From contig CAXHJY010001067.1 in NCBI GenBank assembly GCA_964016885.1, positions 1 through 24,062 of the forward strand: a DNA stretch of 24,062 nucleotides, written 5' to 3'. Shown here piece after piece: positions 10,164-21,497 of the stretch. The stretch's first letter is position 1. Each line of letters begins with the position of its first letter. Position numbers and translations under genes: made by a program. Source of the stretch: Eledone cirrhosa. Lineage: Eukaryota. The notes under the pieces were generated by a model. The model was not told the origin of the DNA. It ran no database searches and saw only the letters and a program-made list of their open reading frames with translations.

Positions 10164-11718
10164 ATGGCTACAAAAAAGAATTTTCACAAGTCACTCCCAC
10201 TAATTCCGTCTTCTTCTTCCTCAATCATCACTACATGAGAGAGAAGATTGTCTCTCTCCCTCCCTTCTCTAAATGTGTCTCTCTCCCTCCCTTCTCTTTC
10301 GCAAGCGACGCCATTAAAGAAAAAGAAAAATATAGTTTCTGATAGCCTTCACCACGAGCACGGGCAAACCGTGGAACATTTCTCCACGACGACGACAACG
10401 ACGAAAAATGTGTGCGGTAAATACGCAAAGCCTTTTCATTCGTCTGACGTCATGAAAAATAGCAGTAGCAGCCGTAATAACAGCAGCAGCAGCAACAGTG
10501 ACAAGGAAAACACTAGTAGCAGCCGCAACAACATCAGCAGCAGCATAAACAACACAGCAGCAGCAGCAGCAACAACAACAACCACAGCAACAGCGGCGGT
10601 GGGGGTCGTAGTACCAGCAGCTACAACAAAAGTAACAGCAGCTCTGACGACAACAACAACAACAAGAAAGAAAAACCAATCTCGTTTGCAGGTATCGCAA
10701 AGAACCTGGAAACCATCCTTATAACAAATGAGGAATTACAGGAAGCAAAGAAGATGGTGACGAAAACCGGACACCGAGCAATCTGCAAGGCAGCCGAAAA
10801 ACTTTTCGAAACCCAACAGCACTGTACGGTCACGTACCGTACAGTAAGCACAAAACCCCGTAGGGTTGAAAGAGCCACAGAGGCTCAAATACAAAAAGCC
10901 TTAGGGTCTGTGTGACAGCGAAAAACGCATATCACCCGAAGCAAGAAATATGCCACCGTGGACGTGCTTTTTGCCACACCCCAGGAGGCTAAGGCTCAAT
11001 CCTTAGTGACCCTAGGGAGCGAGGAAATGGTGTTGGTGCCCTCCTACTGCGGGCAAAAAATTGTGAGGGTCAAACTGACCCCTCCCCCGCCCGGGATGGC
11101 CCCTTCTTGGCTGGCCGCGTCTGTCCTCGTCGGAATCGAGGACAAAACAACTGTACTGCAAGTACAGAAAAAAGTAAGAGAAGCACCTCCATTGAGATGT
11201 TAATCCAAACTAACCAGGAGTGCATCGAAGCTATCCCGGATGTGATAAACTTCGATAACGGCACTCAACTGCCCATAAGTGTTGAGGGCAAACGCCCGAA
11301 ATGCTTTCGCTGTGGATCGAAGACTCACCTCAGGGCCTTCTGCAATGAGAAGACCATGAGAAAGGTGAAAACCCCCCTCCTTCCGAATCCGGCTCCACGG
11401 CTACCAGCAACAGGACAGGCGGAAACCAGGAAGGATAGGTCCGTGGCACCCGTACCCACGCCACGGAAATCAAGAACAGCAGCAGCAGTGGAAGTATTAA
11501 CAACAACAACAACAGCAATACCAACTGCAGCTGCAACAGAGACTCCACTGCAAACATCACCAACAGCAACAAGTGAAAGAGTGGGGCTGGTACCCCTCCC
11601 CGACCTCACAGAATCGGACATGGAGTGTGAGGTGGGAGAGAGATGGCAAAAGGTCGTAAGAAGGCACAAACGCAGAAGCAGCGCATCGTCGCCTTCGAAA
11701 AGGGAGGGAAGAAATTAA
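10164..11718 (+). pseudogene. Disrupted LINE ORF1 (gag-like; RRM-like region plus CCHC zinc knuckle), Tx1-type, 3' part of element missing
   Basis: ATG at 10164 (AACATGGC, same context as the ORF2 start) is in frame with ORF 10248 across one TGA. Fragments VDVLFATPQEAKA...LVPSYCGQKIVRVKL and IPDVINFDNGTQLPISVEGKRPK-CFRCGSKTHLRAFC (CX2CX4HX4C, 11302-11343); S/T/A/N-rich CAG/CAA linkers. Confidence 0.8.
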
Positions 11719-11989
11719 AAAGGTGTAAAGGCTACTGCAAAGAGACTCACAGCAGCAACACTAACAATACCATATACATTTACGTATGTATATAGCTATG
11801 CATTTATACATTTGTATATATACATGCATTTATATTTAAGTGTGTAAGGATGTTGATATGATCTACGTGTTCCTTTTTGGTAAGGAGAAACATTTTGTCC
11901 GCAAATTTTATTACCTAGGGAGATTAAATACCACACCTCTAGCTGAAAGCTGACCGGGTTCTCAACCTCATCAAACACTAACGCCGGCC

Positions 11990-12022
<33 letters not shown>

Positions 12023-12634
12023 ATGTATGTGTGTGTGTGTGTATGTTCACCACCATTGCTTCTTTTTGTTGTCATTTCTGTTGAAGTAGTCCTTACTTTC
12101 ATTCTCTTTGATTTCTTTTGATTTTCTTTTAACACCCTAGAGAATTCGTTGACAAGCTTCTTTTATTTATGTTCTTCGTTTTCTTCATTCGAATCACTGG
12201 CTGTCTAAGAGACGTGCAAATATGACTTGTAAAACTTACCAAACTAAAGGGGCTTCTAGCGCCCCCAAGTTTCCAACGCCCCTCTAACGCCCCCTTACTG
12301 CATAACCCCCCCCCCCCTGTTGAGAACCTTTGCTCTAGAAGATTGAATTATGTTTACCAACAGGGATCCCTTTCTAGCTCTGTTCTTAATATGTAGCTGT
12401 TGGGAGGGGGGAAGGCTTGTTCCTAGAAGTGGGGTTTGTTTGACGCAGGGGTGCAGGGTATTTGACTACTCCGCCCCGATATATTCAGTCATGGTTTTGA
12501 CACATTATAATAGACTAATATTAAGAAATGAACGAAAAATGAATAGAACAGTTTTAGTGGGCACTGAAATGTCTAAAATATTTTTCAGTTTCAACGCGCG
12601 AGCATTTGTCAAACACGCACAACCACACGCAAGT

Positions 12635-12636
<2 letters not shown>

Positions 12637-12709
<73 letters not shown>
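12637..12709. repeat. (CA)n(TA)n compound microsatellite
   Basis: Directly visible. Confidence 0.95.
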
Positions 12710-13327
12710 AATGCATTAAAAAATCTATGGTAAAAGTGAGAGGCGACTTCAACTTCCAAATTCTACGTAAATGAGGTGCTAAAATATTTTCGCTCTGGCG
12801 GTGAATATTACACCGCTTTCATTTTCGGGGTAACTATTAGACAGGTTCGTCGTAAATTTCGTATTTCCTATTGTTTTGAATGAATATGACCTTCAAAACG
12901 ATCGGAAATTGGTAAAATATCATTACATAATGGAGTTGTGAAACAAAACTATACTCTAAACGACACTTTTTAAACATCAAAATATTAAAACTACATAAAT
13001 ATATTTATACTCATGAGAATTTCGAAATCACGCCATCTAAACATAATGTGTTGATTAGCTTCCTCAACTTATAAACGTGGATTGGATTTCTGCCCATTTC
13101 TCAAACATGAAATAGGGGTTGGCTTATATTCGAGTACATACGCTGAACACACAACCCAAAACCGCTTGGCGCCGATGTCGGGATTTTACCTTTCTCTACA
13201 ACCATTCTGCAGATCTCACTGATCAGGCAGTCTGCTAATATGCAAATCAGGCCGATCAGTCACTATATTCCCGAATATATCATATATTTTCATTAGCTCT
13301 GTCTGACAGTTGACAAGTAAGCAGTAT

Positions 13328-13372
13328 AGGTACTGATGAAGGGTAATAACCCAGAAACATTAGTGTCTGATT
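13328..13372 (+). ncRNA. Type I hammerhead ribozyme motif with weak (decayed) stem I
   Basis: CTGATGA (13333-13339)-A-GGGT-AATA-ACCC-A-GAAA-CATTAGTG-TC; GUC triplet ends at 13367. Stem III ACATTAGTGT is one transition from the palindrome ACACTAGTGT. Stem I pairs poorly. Confidence 0.65.
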
Positions 13373-13645
13373 TTCCTCTGAAACAATTGTAAACAAATAA
13401 ATATTTTTTCAAGAATTTTGGTTGTTTATTCTCCAACTATAATTTTTTATATTTACGCTCTACCTTTATATTTACGCTCTATTGCATGCCTTTATTTCTC
13501 TTGCTTGCTTTCACTGCACGCTTGTCTTGCATCATATACGCATTGAGCACACTGTCCTCTTCACTACTGGTTTATAATTCTCACAACTAATATCTAATCT
13601 CTCTTTCTTGATTGGATTGTACACTTACATTTGATATATATATAC

Positions 13646-13680
<35 letters not shown>

Positions 13681-13947
13681 TGTGTGTGTATTTATGTGTG
13701 TGTGCGCGCCTGCGCGGCGCATGTGTGTGTATGTTTGTAGTACAAATTTGGTATAAATAGCCAAGGGTTTAGAGCACTCAGTCCATAGGACGAGTTAAAT
13801 TTAATTAGTTACAACAGTGACATGTACATGTACTATGTCATAAAATGAAAAATGTCTTCCTACTGTGGAAGACTTTTTTTGGAAAGTATAAGAGAGTTCT
13901 AAGGTTAGGTAATCCCCAAACTATTTATAAGTAGATAAACACCTTAA

Positions 13948-14061
13948 ATAATTGTTTCTAGTTTTGGCACAAGGCCAGCAATTATCCCAGTGCATTACTG
14001 GTACTTTAATTTATTGACCTCATAAGGATGAAAGGCAAAGTTAACCTCGGCGGGATGTGAA
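13948..14061 (-). mobile_element. 5'-truncated SINE copy 7
   Basis: Reverse complement of the central domain and tail (TTGTTTCTAGTTTTGGCACAAGGCCAGCAATT...GGATGAAAGGCAAAGTTAACCTCGGCGGGAT). Confidence 0.88.
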
Positions 14062-14157
14062 AAGGGAGGTAACTGTAAAAAAAAAAACAATATAGGCAAC
14101 TTGTGTTTCACAGGGAATCCAGAGGTTAAGTTGAAAAGTTAAAGAAAATAAATTCAA

Positions 14158-14711
14158 TTAATCCGGTCTAGACCATTTTTCAAAACAAAATTTTGCTTCA
14201 TGAGGATTGCAATTCAAGCAGTCGAAGTGCTTATTTACGCAACATTTCCATGAAACCAGATATGAGAATATATTCCACTTCTCCGAGTTATATAGCTCGT
14301 AAAATTTCGTCCCATAGACATAGGGGGTGGATCTTTCTAGTATCCTCCATTGGCTGGAGAATGCTGTGTCGTTATCTCTGAGGTTAGACACATGGTTAAC
14401 GAGCTGAGTGGTATGTTTTTGTCACTGTGTATGAAGGTTGTTTCGTGGTTCAGGAAACGGCTTTTGAACTGGCTCTCAGGTATTTCTACATAAGTCCAGG
14501 ACTCAGTTTGTTGGTTCTGGTAGGTGGAGGTCACTTCTGCTTCATATATCACCACTGGAATGGTGCACTGTTGATCCAAATGACAGGCCTCTGGTTTTTT
14601 TGGTAAGGTGGATAGTTTTTGCGTTTATTTGTGATGTGGGATTTCATTTCTCTTTGTACAAGAGTAGCCTATTTTCACTGTGTGGCGGTTGAATATTTGC
14701 CGGGATTTATT
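14158..14711 (-). pseudogene. 3' fragment of a Penelope-like element ORF (linker plus GIY-YIG endonuclease)
   Basis: Minus-strand peptides QIFNRHTVKIGYSCT, C..PVVIYEAEV...WTYVEIPESQFKSRFLNHETTF and NLRDNDTAFSSQWRILERSTPY...EKWNI...VNK match the PLE C-terminal pattern as I know it; frameshifted. Confidence 0.8.
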
Positions 14712-14877
14712 AGATCTTCACTTCCCTGTAGGGCATAAATTATATATATATATATAACGAAGGAGTTGTGGTAAGGAACCAGATGAACCATAACGCACCA
14801 ATACTTAGGGTAGTAGAGTTGGTAATAGGAAAAAGTGTCGAAACGACTTGAGCTCTGTCGTCGGGGTCATACTATTT

Positions 14878-14879
<2 letters not shown>

Positions 14880-14920
<41 letters not shown>

Positions 14921-15154
14921 CTTTCAACCATTTATATTTTTATATATTTTTATATTTGTATATCTGTTTGACCCGAACTAGGCGATCGAATTTTCGCTGT
15001 GTGGATGATTAGTTTAACCACCATCTCAGTGTGTTTGGCCTTTAACGTAAGTTGTAAGCTCTAATTCATATGAATTATCGAGCGCTTGCCACACAACTCG
15101 AAAGTGATTCTCGTTAATTCCTGAGCTGAAATTCGATTCTCGCTAATTTTCACT

Positions 15155-15244
<90 letters not shown>
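14880..15244. repeat. Two (TA)n tracts (about 14880-14917 and 15157-15244) enclosing a 240-bp unique island
   Basis: Directly visible. Confidence 0.85.
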
Positions 15245-15247
<3 letters not shown>

Positions 15248-15597
15248 TCAGTGAGAATCGCATTTCGGCGGGTAGAAAAAGAGAAACGCAAAAATCAGAG
15301 TTATGCTGGCAAGCGCTCCATAGTTAAAAAACCAGAGCTAAACAATATGTTAAAACGCCATACAAACTGAAAAAGTGGTCAAGAAGGCATCAACCACCTA
15401 AGCCAAAAAGCAAATCAAGCTAAACAGGTCAAAACAAAATAAATGATAAAAAAAAATAGACCTGGACCCATTGGAATTGATGGTAAAATCCAAATGCAGA
15501 GTTTCTATGACACCTAAATCAATAATACTGTCTGCTTAAAACTATAAGCGTTAGGTATAATGATCGAACAAGGAATATCACGTTCTCAACAGGTATT

Positions 15598-16214
15598 TTG
15601 CTCTGTACCAAGTTTGTGAATGACATAGAGCTTCGTAAAAGCACATGTGTAACTCACAAGGGGAATATATATATATATGTATTCTTACATACATACATCG
15701 AAGATGTTAGCCACATTATTGCCAACTGTGAAAGAATGTCGTCTGTGAAAGAATGTGTTACTACCTCCCTATGTGACACAATGTGATAGCTAGAACCATC
15801 TGAAACGCATTAAGGAAAACAAAATTAAAAACAAATGAGGAGGAATATGTTGAAATAGATGGCACTAAAGAATACTGGTGGAACCTGAAAATAAAAACTG
15901 CCACCAAATTAAAGCACAACCGGCCTGATATTGTTGTTTGGGACCACACATTGAAAACGTGCTCTGTTGTAGAGATCAGCTGCCCACTTGGTGTCAACGT
16001 TGTAAGAAAATTACAGAAGGAGGAGTTTGCAGACCCAGTATCCATACCCATTATTATTGGAGCTACGGGTTATATACCAACCCGTTTGTACCAAAATATG
16101 GCTGAACTTAGATTTGTGGATAAAAAGCGCAGCTCCCTAATTCATAGACTACAAATGGCCGCGATGTCTGGCACCTTCAAAACTTGCAAAACATTTTTGC
16201 GATTCAAAAGATGA
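15598..16214 (+). pseudogene. C-terminal fragment of an RLE-type (R4/Dong-like) non-LTR retrotransposon
   Basis: IEDVSHIIANC, YYLPM*HNVIA (RH motif), WWNLKIKTATKLKHNRPDIVVWD, VVEISCP, IPIIIGATGYIP, LQMAAMSGTFKTCKTFL. Followed by hairpin GCCACC-AGGAA-GGTGGC (16239-16255) and a GA-rich tail at about 16278-16293. Confidence 0.8.
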
Positions 16215-17108
16215 CAATTTATTTTCTTTTACAACCTTGCCACCAGGAAGGTGGCCGGTCAAAATATACTCGAAATTGAGAGAAAGAGAAAGATACATAT
16301 ATATATACATAAATGAGATTTCACACGCACATAATCACATCGTTAGTCGCTACTTATTATCTTTCCTAGCTATCTGTCTATCTATCAATCTAATTATCTA
16401 TCCATATATATATTTATATTTCTTCCCGTATGAGTCACACGGGGAATCATCAAGCAATGCATACATCCTGGGTAATTCACTCTTATGTATTTCGATGATA
16501 GATTTGTTGTTGACTGAGAAACATAAATATGACATAAAACCTGTCAATGTCGCTTTCTGTGGAAACTTCAATTTGATTTCAGGATTCTGTAAGTGTACAA
16601 ACATAAGGAAAAAACTCTCACCACACGTTATGAGGTTTAAGAATTTACATTAACAGTTTCACACTAAATATGCATTATTTATAGATTTGCAGAACAAAAA
16701 TACATCTGGTCATTCGAGTGCCACAACGCATCCGAATGATTAGATGTGATTTTTGCGAATCTATAAGTAATGCATATTTCTAAATATGGCTGAGAGTCAT
16801 TGGATAATGTGTAAATATCGTTCTATTAACTAGTTCTAATATGATAGAAGAGTAATTAAATGACTGCAAGATGTTATAGTGATTGCTTGGTAGCTGCTGG
16901 GTGGAAGCAATTCTGGTGCAATAGTTAAGAGTAGTCTCTTTGCTTTATTTAAAAATTCCAGTGAAGCTAAAACGTCCAATAATCATTACTGTAAAATATA
17001 TGGGATAATGCTAACAACTATGGCCTAAGATTAGCTAACAAAGATATCCGTTGATAGAAGCAGCATGAAAGTTCATTCTTTTTGTTATACAGTCAGCTGT
17101 GGAAATTC

Positions 17109-17144
17109 GTATAAGCTCGCTAACGGCAGTTAGCGAGCTTATAC
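17109..17144. repeat. Perfect 16-bp inverted repeat with 4-nt loop
   Basis: GTATAAGCTCGCTAAC-GGCA-GTTAGCGAGCTTATAC. Confidence 0.95.
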
Positions 17145-17889
17145 TATTAAGTCTACGTTAAGATATATCAATATCTTAACACCAAATATTATATTGTTAA
17201 AATTAATAATACTCCAGATAAATGCTGTAGAGTACTTCAAATCTGTTATAAAATTAACTTTGTTGAATGATAATCAACAAACCATATAACTCATTGTTTC
17301 TATCTGTTAGACACGCAGTGACTAACAACAGAATGTTATAAGTCTGCATGTCTGACAATATATGCGTAGCTTGTGAATAAAAGATTCAAGGGGTATGTAT
17401 CGCTGGCCGTGGCGATTCCTTCCAAACATGTTTTGTAATGTATCGTCTCATTGGCTAATTTCATCGTATTATAGGCTAATCAACCAACGAGAGTAATTGT
17501 TGCTCAAAAGCGTTTTGTTTGCACGTTTATTTATCATTTCGCTTTCGAATCTCTCTCCTGTATTTTGTCGTTTTATCATCAAAATATTTTTCTCGTTTTG
17601 GTAAGTTATATCGTTAATTTATATATGATTAAATTTATATTAACTATTTTTTTTCAGTTCGTTATAACATGCTTAGAATATTGGTTGTATCATATTTACT
17701 TATATATATGTCCATATTATTGTTCGCTTTATGTTAGATTATTTTATTATTATTATGTTAGATTATTTTTTTTATTATTATGTTAGACTAGTTGTATGTA
17801 ATATTTAATTTTTATTAATTCAACTATAACAATTATTATGTAAAATATATTTATTTAATATCTTTGTATCTTGTTCCTCTTTATATAGT

Positions 17890-18073
17890 TGTTTCTACTT
17901 TAGGCACAAGGCCAGCAATTACCCAGTACATTACTGGTACTTTATTTTATCGACCCCGTAAGGATGAAAGGCAAAGTTAACCTCGGCGGGATTTGAACTC
18001 AGACTGTAAAGGGACGTTACTATTCTAGAAAGCATGGCGCCCACCCCTCTAACGATACTGCCAATTCACCGCC
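17890..18073 (-). mobile_element. Full-length SINE copy 8 with 14-bp TSD
   Basis: TSD CCTCTTTATATAGT at 17876-17889 and 18073-18086; A/B boxes and central domain on the minus strand. Confidence 0.93.
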
Positions 18074-18119
18074 CTCTTTATATAGTGTAATGGAATATAG
18101 GCAGGGTTCGGACTGCACT

Positions 18120-18464
18120 TTCTTTGTAAAAATTTGTAAGAATAATTTTTCAAAAAACTTTGTTAGTAAAAATTTGTAAAAATAATTGTTTTAAAATTTT
18201 GTTTGTAAAAGTTTGTACACATATTTTTAAAACTATCGTTTTTACAAAAGTTTGTAAATTTTTGTTTATAAAAAATGTTAAAACACTCCAAGATAGCGTA
18301 TATTCAATAATAAATTGATAATTTATAGTGATCATATTATGATTGTAAACTTTATAATTTTGATTCAAAAAGAACTTTGTAATTGTAAAATTTTGTAATT
18401 TTGATCTAAAATAACTTTGTAATTGTAAAATTGTGTTCTAAAATAACCTTGTAATTGTAAAATT
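18120..18464. repeat. AT-rich TTTGTAAA-motif repeats, including three copies of AACYTTGTAATTGTAAAATT
   Basis: 20-mer at 18373, 18413 and 18445; many TTTGTAA(A) words at 18120-18270. Confidence 0.75.
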
Positions 18465-18614
18465 TCATATTTTTGAAATTTGTGCGCAAAAATATCAATT
18501 TTTAATTTAATGTACTTAGTTTACTATGATAGTCAACTACAGGTGTCAAGTGCGTTTAAACATTTTTGATATTATTAATATATTCGATCGCAAATTGGCG
18601 TATTTATATTTGAA

Positions 18615-18772
18615 CAGGCCGAGCATAGATCTTCAAAACGGCATGAGTTGGCAAACAAGCAGGCCGAGTATAGATCTGCAAATTCAGTCGTTATAGCTAA
18701 AAAAACAAGCCGAGCGTAGTGCTAGGAAACGTACCGAGTTGGCTAAAAAGCAGGCCGAGTACAGATCTGCGA
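18615..18772 (+). repeat. About 45-bp diverged tandem repeat, four copies of the CAGGCCGAGYRYAGATCT core
   Basis: Cores start at 18615, 18660, 18706 and 18751 (the third is degenerate). Confidence 0.85.
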
Positions 18773-20232
18773 AGCAAGATAAAGTATTGCAAAGAAAGGC
18801 TGTGTATAGAATTGTCAATAAAGATAATATACAGTCTTATCAGAAAGCTTACTATAAAAACAAAAATGTTCTTCGTTAGCGGTGTTCTTCGTAAGCGGTC
18901 TATGCATCGAATAAGGAAACTAGAAAAAATGCTTGACTTCCGGATGCAGCATCAGATCTTGGTGCACAGATTTGTTAAGTCGTATAAAAAGACGATAATC
19001 GACACCAATCTTCGCAAGGGGGCACACATTCACGTGCAGAGTGTGTTCTCCAGATCATATACAAAATAATTCTGTTGAAAATTAATATGATGCTTATATG
19101 AACGATCAAATCTATAATGATAATTTTATAAATATACTAATATTAAAATAATTTAGTTACATTTTCATCGAACTATAACATTAACAATCGTATTATGTCA
19201 TCAAATTTTTATCACTGCAAACTTTCATATTGGAATTACCTTAAGCCACTTATCATGACTTCGCTTTCGTACTTTTACAGATGTAGATATTCGGCTGTAT
19301 CTTATATCTAATAGCATGATCTCATGGTAATTTGCATGCAGTGTAAAATAGGTTTATTACGGAATGTACGATAGATAATGATTACAATATTTTTGAGCAA
19401 CAACTCTAGACTCACACTTTTGAAGGTTTATTATAACATTCTGTGGCTCTTTTGAGCTTGCGCATTTTTCAGGTCTAGTATATATATATATATGTAAAGA
19501 ATTCGAAATTTGGAAGCCACGATAATGCGGGTTTGAACGAAAAATAATTAAATCGTAAGTAAGAGGGGTTATTTTTTACCTTAATTTATTCATATGTTCT
19601 GATATTTCGTGATTAATAATATGATTTCAAATACGAAAGCAAATAATTATAGTTGAAGAAGTTATACAGCTCAAAAATACGAGATTTTTTACGTACACAA
19701 GGCTACATACAGTTTTATAGAAATGTATGAAATCCTACTATGAACGATTATGAATTCACGTAGAACAATGAATACATTGAGAAATAAGCCAAATACTGCG
19801 AATTATATCACATTTTAATTTACGTGTGTTTCATCCTTAACATTAAGATTATAATATTAGGTGTCATCAGAATTACATAAGATATAGTTGCTTTAAACAT
19901 GACATTAAATACAAAAATATAACACACCCATGTGGTTTAGTTTACATTTTAAAACAAATAATGCGTCATACGAGGAGGTAGTGTTTACTACACGCCAGAC
20001 TGCTGATGTTATTCACTCAGGCACTCAAACGAATAAGCATGCACTATATGGATATTATAATCAAAATTAAAAGCAGTCCATTTTTTTGGTTCAATAAATA
20101 CGGTACACACAATTTCCAGAAGATTTCACATGCTGAATTATACACGCACCACCACACGTCCAGGCTAATATATATGTATGCACTTCAAGTTAGATTCCAC
20201 AACTTATTCGTATACAACGTCAAAACAATAAT

Positions 20233-20415
20233 TGTTTCTACTTTTGGCACAAGGCCAGCAATTACCCAGTACATTACTGGTACTTTATTTTATCGACTCC
20301 GTAAGGATGAAAGGCAAAGTGAACCTCGGCGGGATTTCAACTCAGGCCGTAAAGGGACGTAACTATGCTGGAAAGCATGGCGTCCGACTCTCTACCGATA
20401 CTGCCAATCCACCGT
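20233..20415 (-). mobile_element. Full-length SINE copy 9 with TSD
   Basis: Flanking direct repeat CGTCAAAACAATAAT at 20218-20232 and 20413-20427. Confidence 0.93.
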
Positions 20416-20659
20416 CAAAACAATAATAACAGTAAATAAGTGCATAAATATAATTACACAAATACATATTTTCACGTGTACATATATATACACATATATA
20501 TGTATACATATATAAACACATATATATGTATACATATATACAAATAATTTTTCATAGTTAAGCAGGACCAGATATAATATGCCATTATATTACACACATA
20601 AATATTCACCCACACATATATACACATACAAATACATACACTCATACTAATACACACAC

Positions 20660-20738
<79 letters not shown>

Positions 20739-20743
<5 letters not shown>

Positions 20744-20796
20744 GTAAGTATGCATGTATACGTACATACATATATGTATACAGACGTACAGTAGCA

Positions 20797-20836
<40 letters not shown>

Positions 20837-21270
20837 TACATACAGGTACACATACATATATGTACGCATCAGTTTAGCGGACGCTTATTATAGCGCCCGC
20901 TTTATTCGTTTGTAAACAAACTGAACAGCCTGAATTTATGCCGCACGGTGTTAAGGCAACCACGTCACCTTTTTGTTCAACACTGACACAGGAACGATGT
21001 ACTAGTTTCAAGCTTGTTAGCTATCATCAGCACCGTATACTCATCTGCCAGATAATTGAACGTTCGAAAGTATATACTTTCCTTATGAAAATTAACGGCT
21101 GAGCAGCCTAATTTGCATATCGAGTGAGTTAAATCGGTCAGGCGCACCGAAAACGATGAGTTGTAATAAAATGAAAACGAAATTTCATTTCTCACTCTTA
21201 GTACGGCACTTACTTAAATGTAAGTATGCATGTATACGTACATACATATATGTATACAGACGTACAGTAG

Positions 21271-21350
<80 letters not shown>

Positions 21351-21466
21351 TACATACATACAGGTACACATACATATATGTACGCATCAGTTTAGCCGAC
21401 GCTTATTATAGCGCCCGCTTTGTTCGTTTGTAAACAATTTGAACAGCCTGAATTTATATATTTCTG

Positions 21467-21497
<31 letters not shown>

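Larger units (their letters stand above)
17308..19477. mobile_element. Possible decayed non-autonomous DNA transposon (TAGAC...GTCTA ends)
   Basis: Inverted blocks in matching order: TAGAC/GTCTA, ACAGAATGTTATAA (17328-17341)/19431-19444, TTGTTGCTCAAAA (17497-17509)/19391-19403. Spacing is unequal and no transposase is seen. Confidence 0.35.

Noticed and set aside
11957-12340. hAT/Charlie-like MITE (GGTTCTCAAC at 11957 and GTTGAGAACC at 12319 followed by CTCTAGAA)
   Set aside because: The right end looks Charlie-like, but only 10 bp are inverted and no matching TSD abuts the left motif; not enough to define an element.
16502-16588. Possible host exon ending at GTAAGT
   Set aside because: Weak acceptor and no recognisable protein similarity; needs RNA-seq.
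18615-18772. CRISPR-like repeat-spacer array
   Set aside because: Eukaryotic context, degenerate repeats, related linkers and no cas genes.
18719-19069. 116-aa basic ORF
   Set aside because: Starts within the tandem array with a non-ATG codon and shows no recognisable domain.
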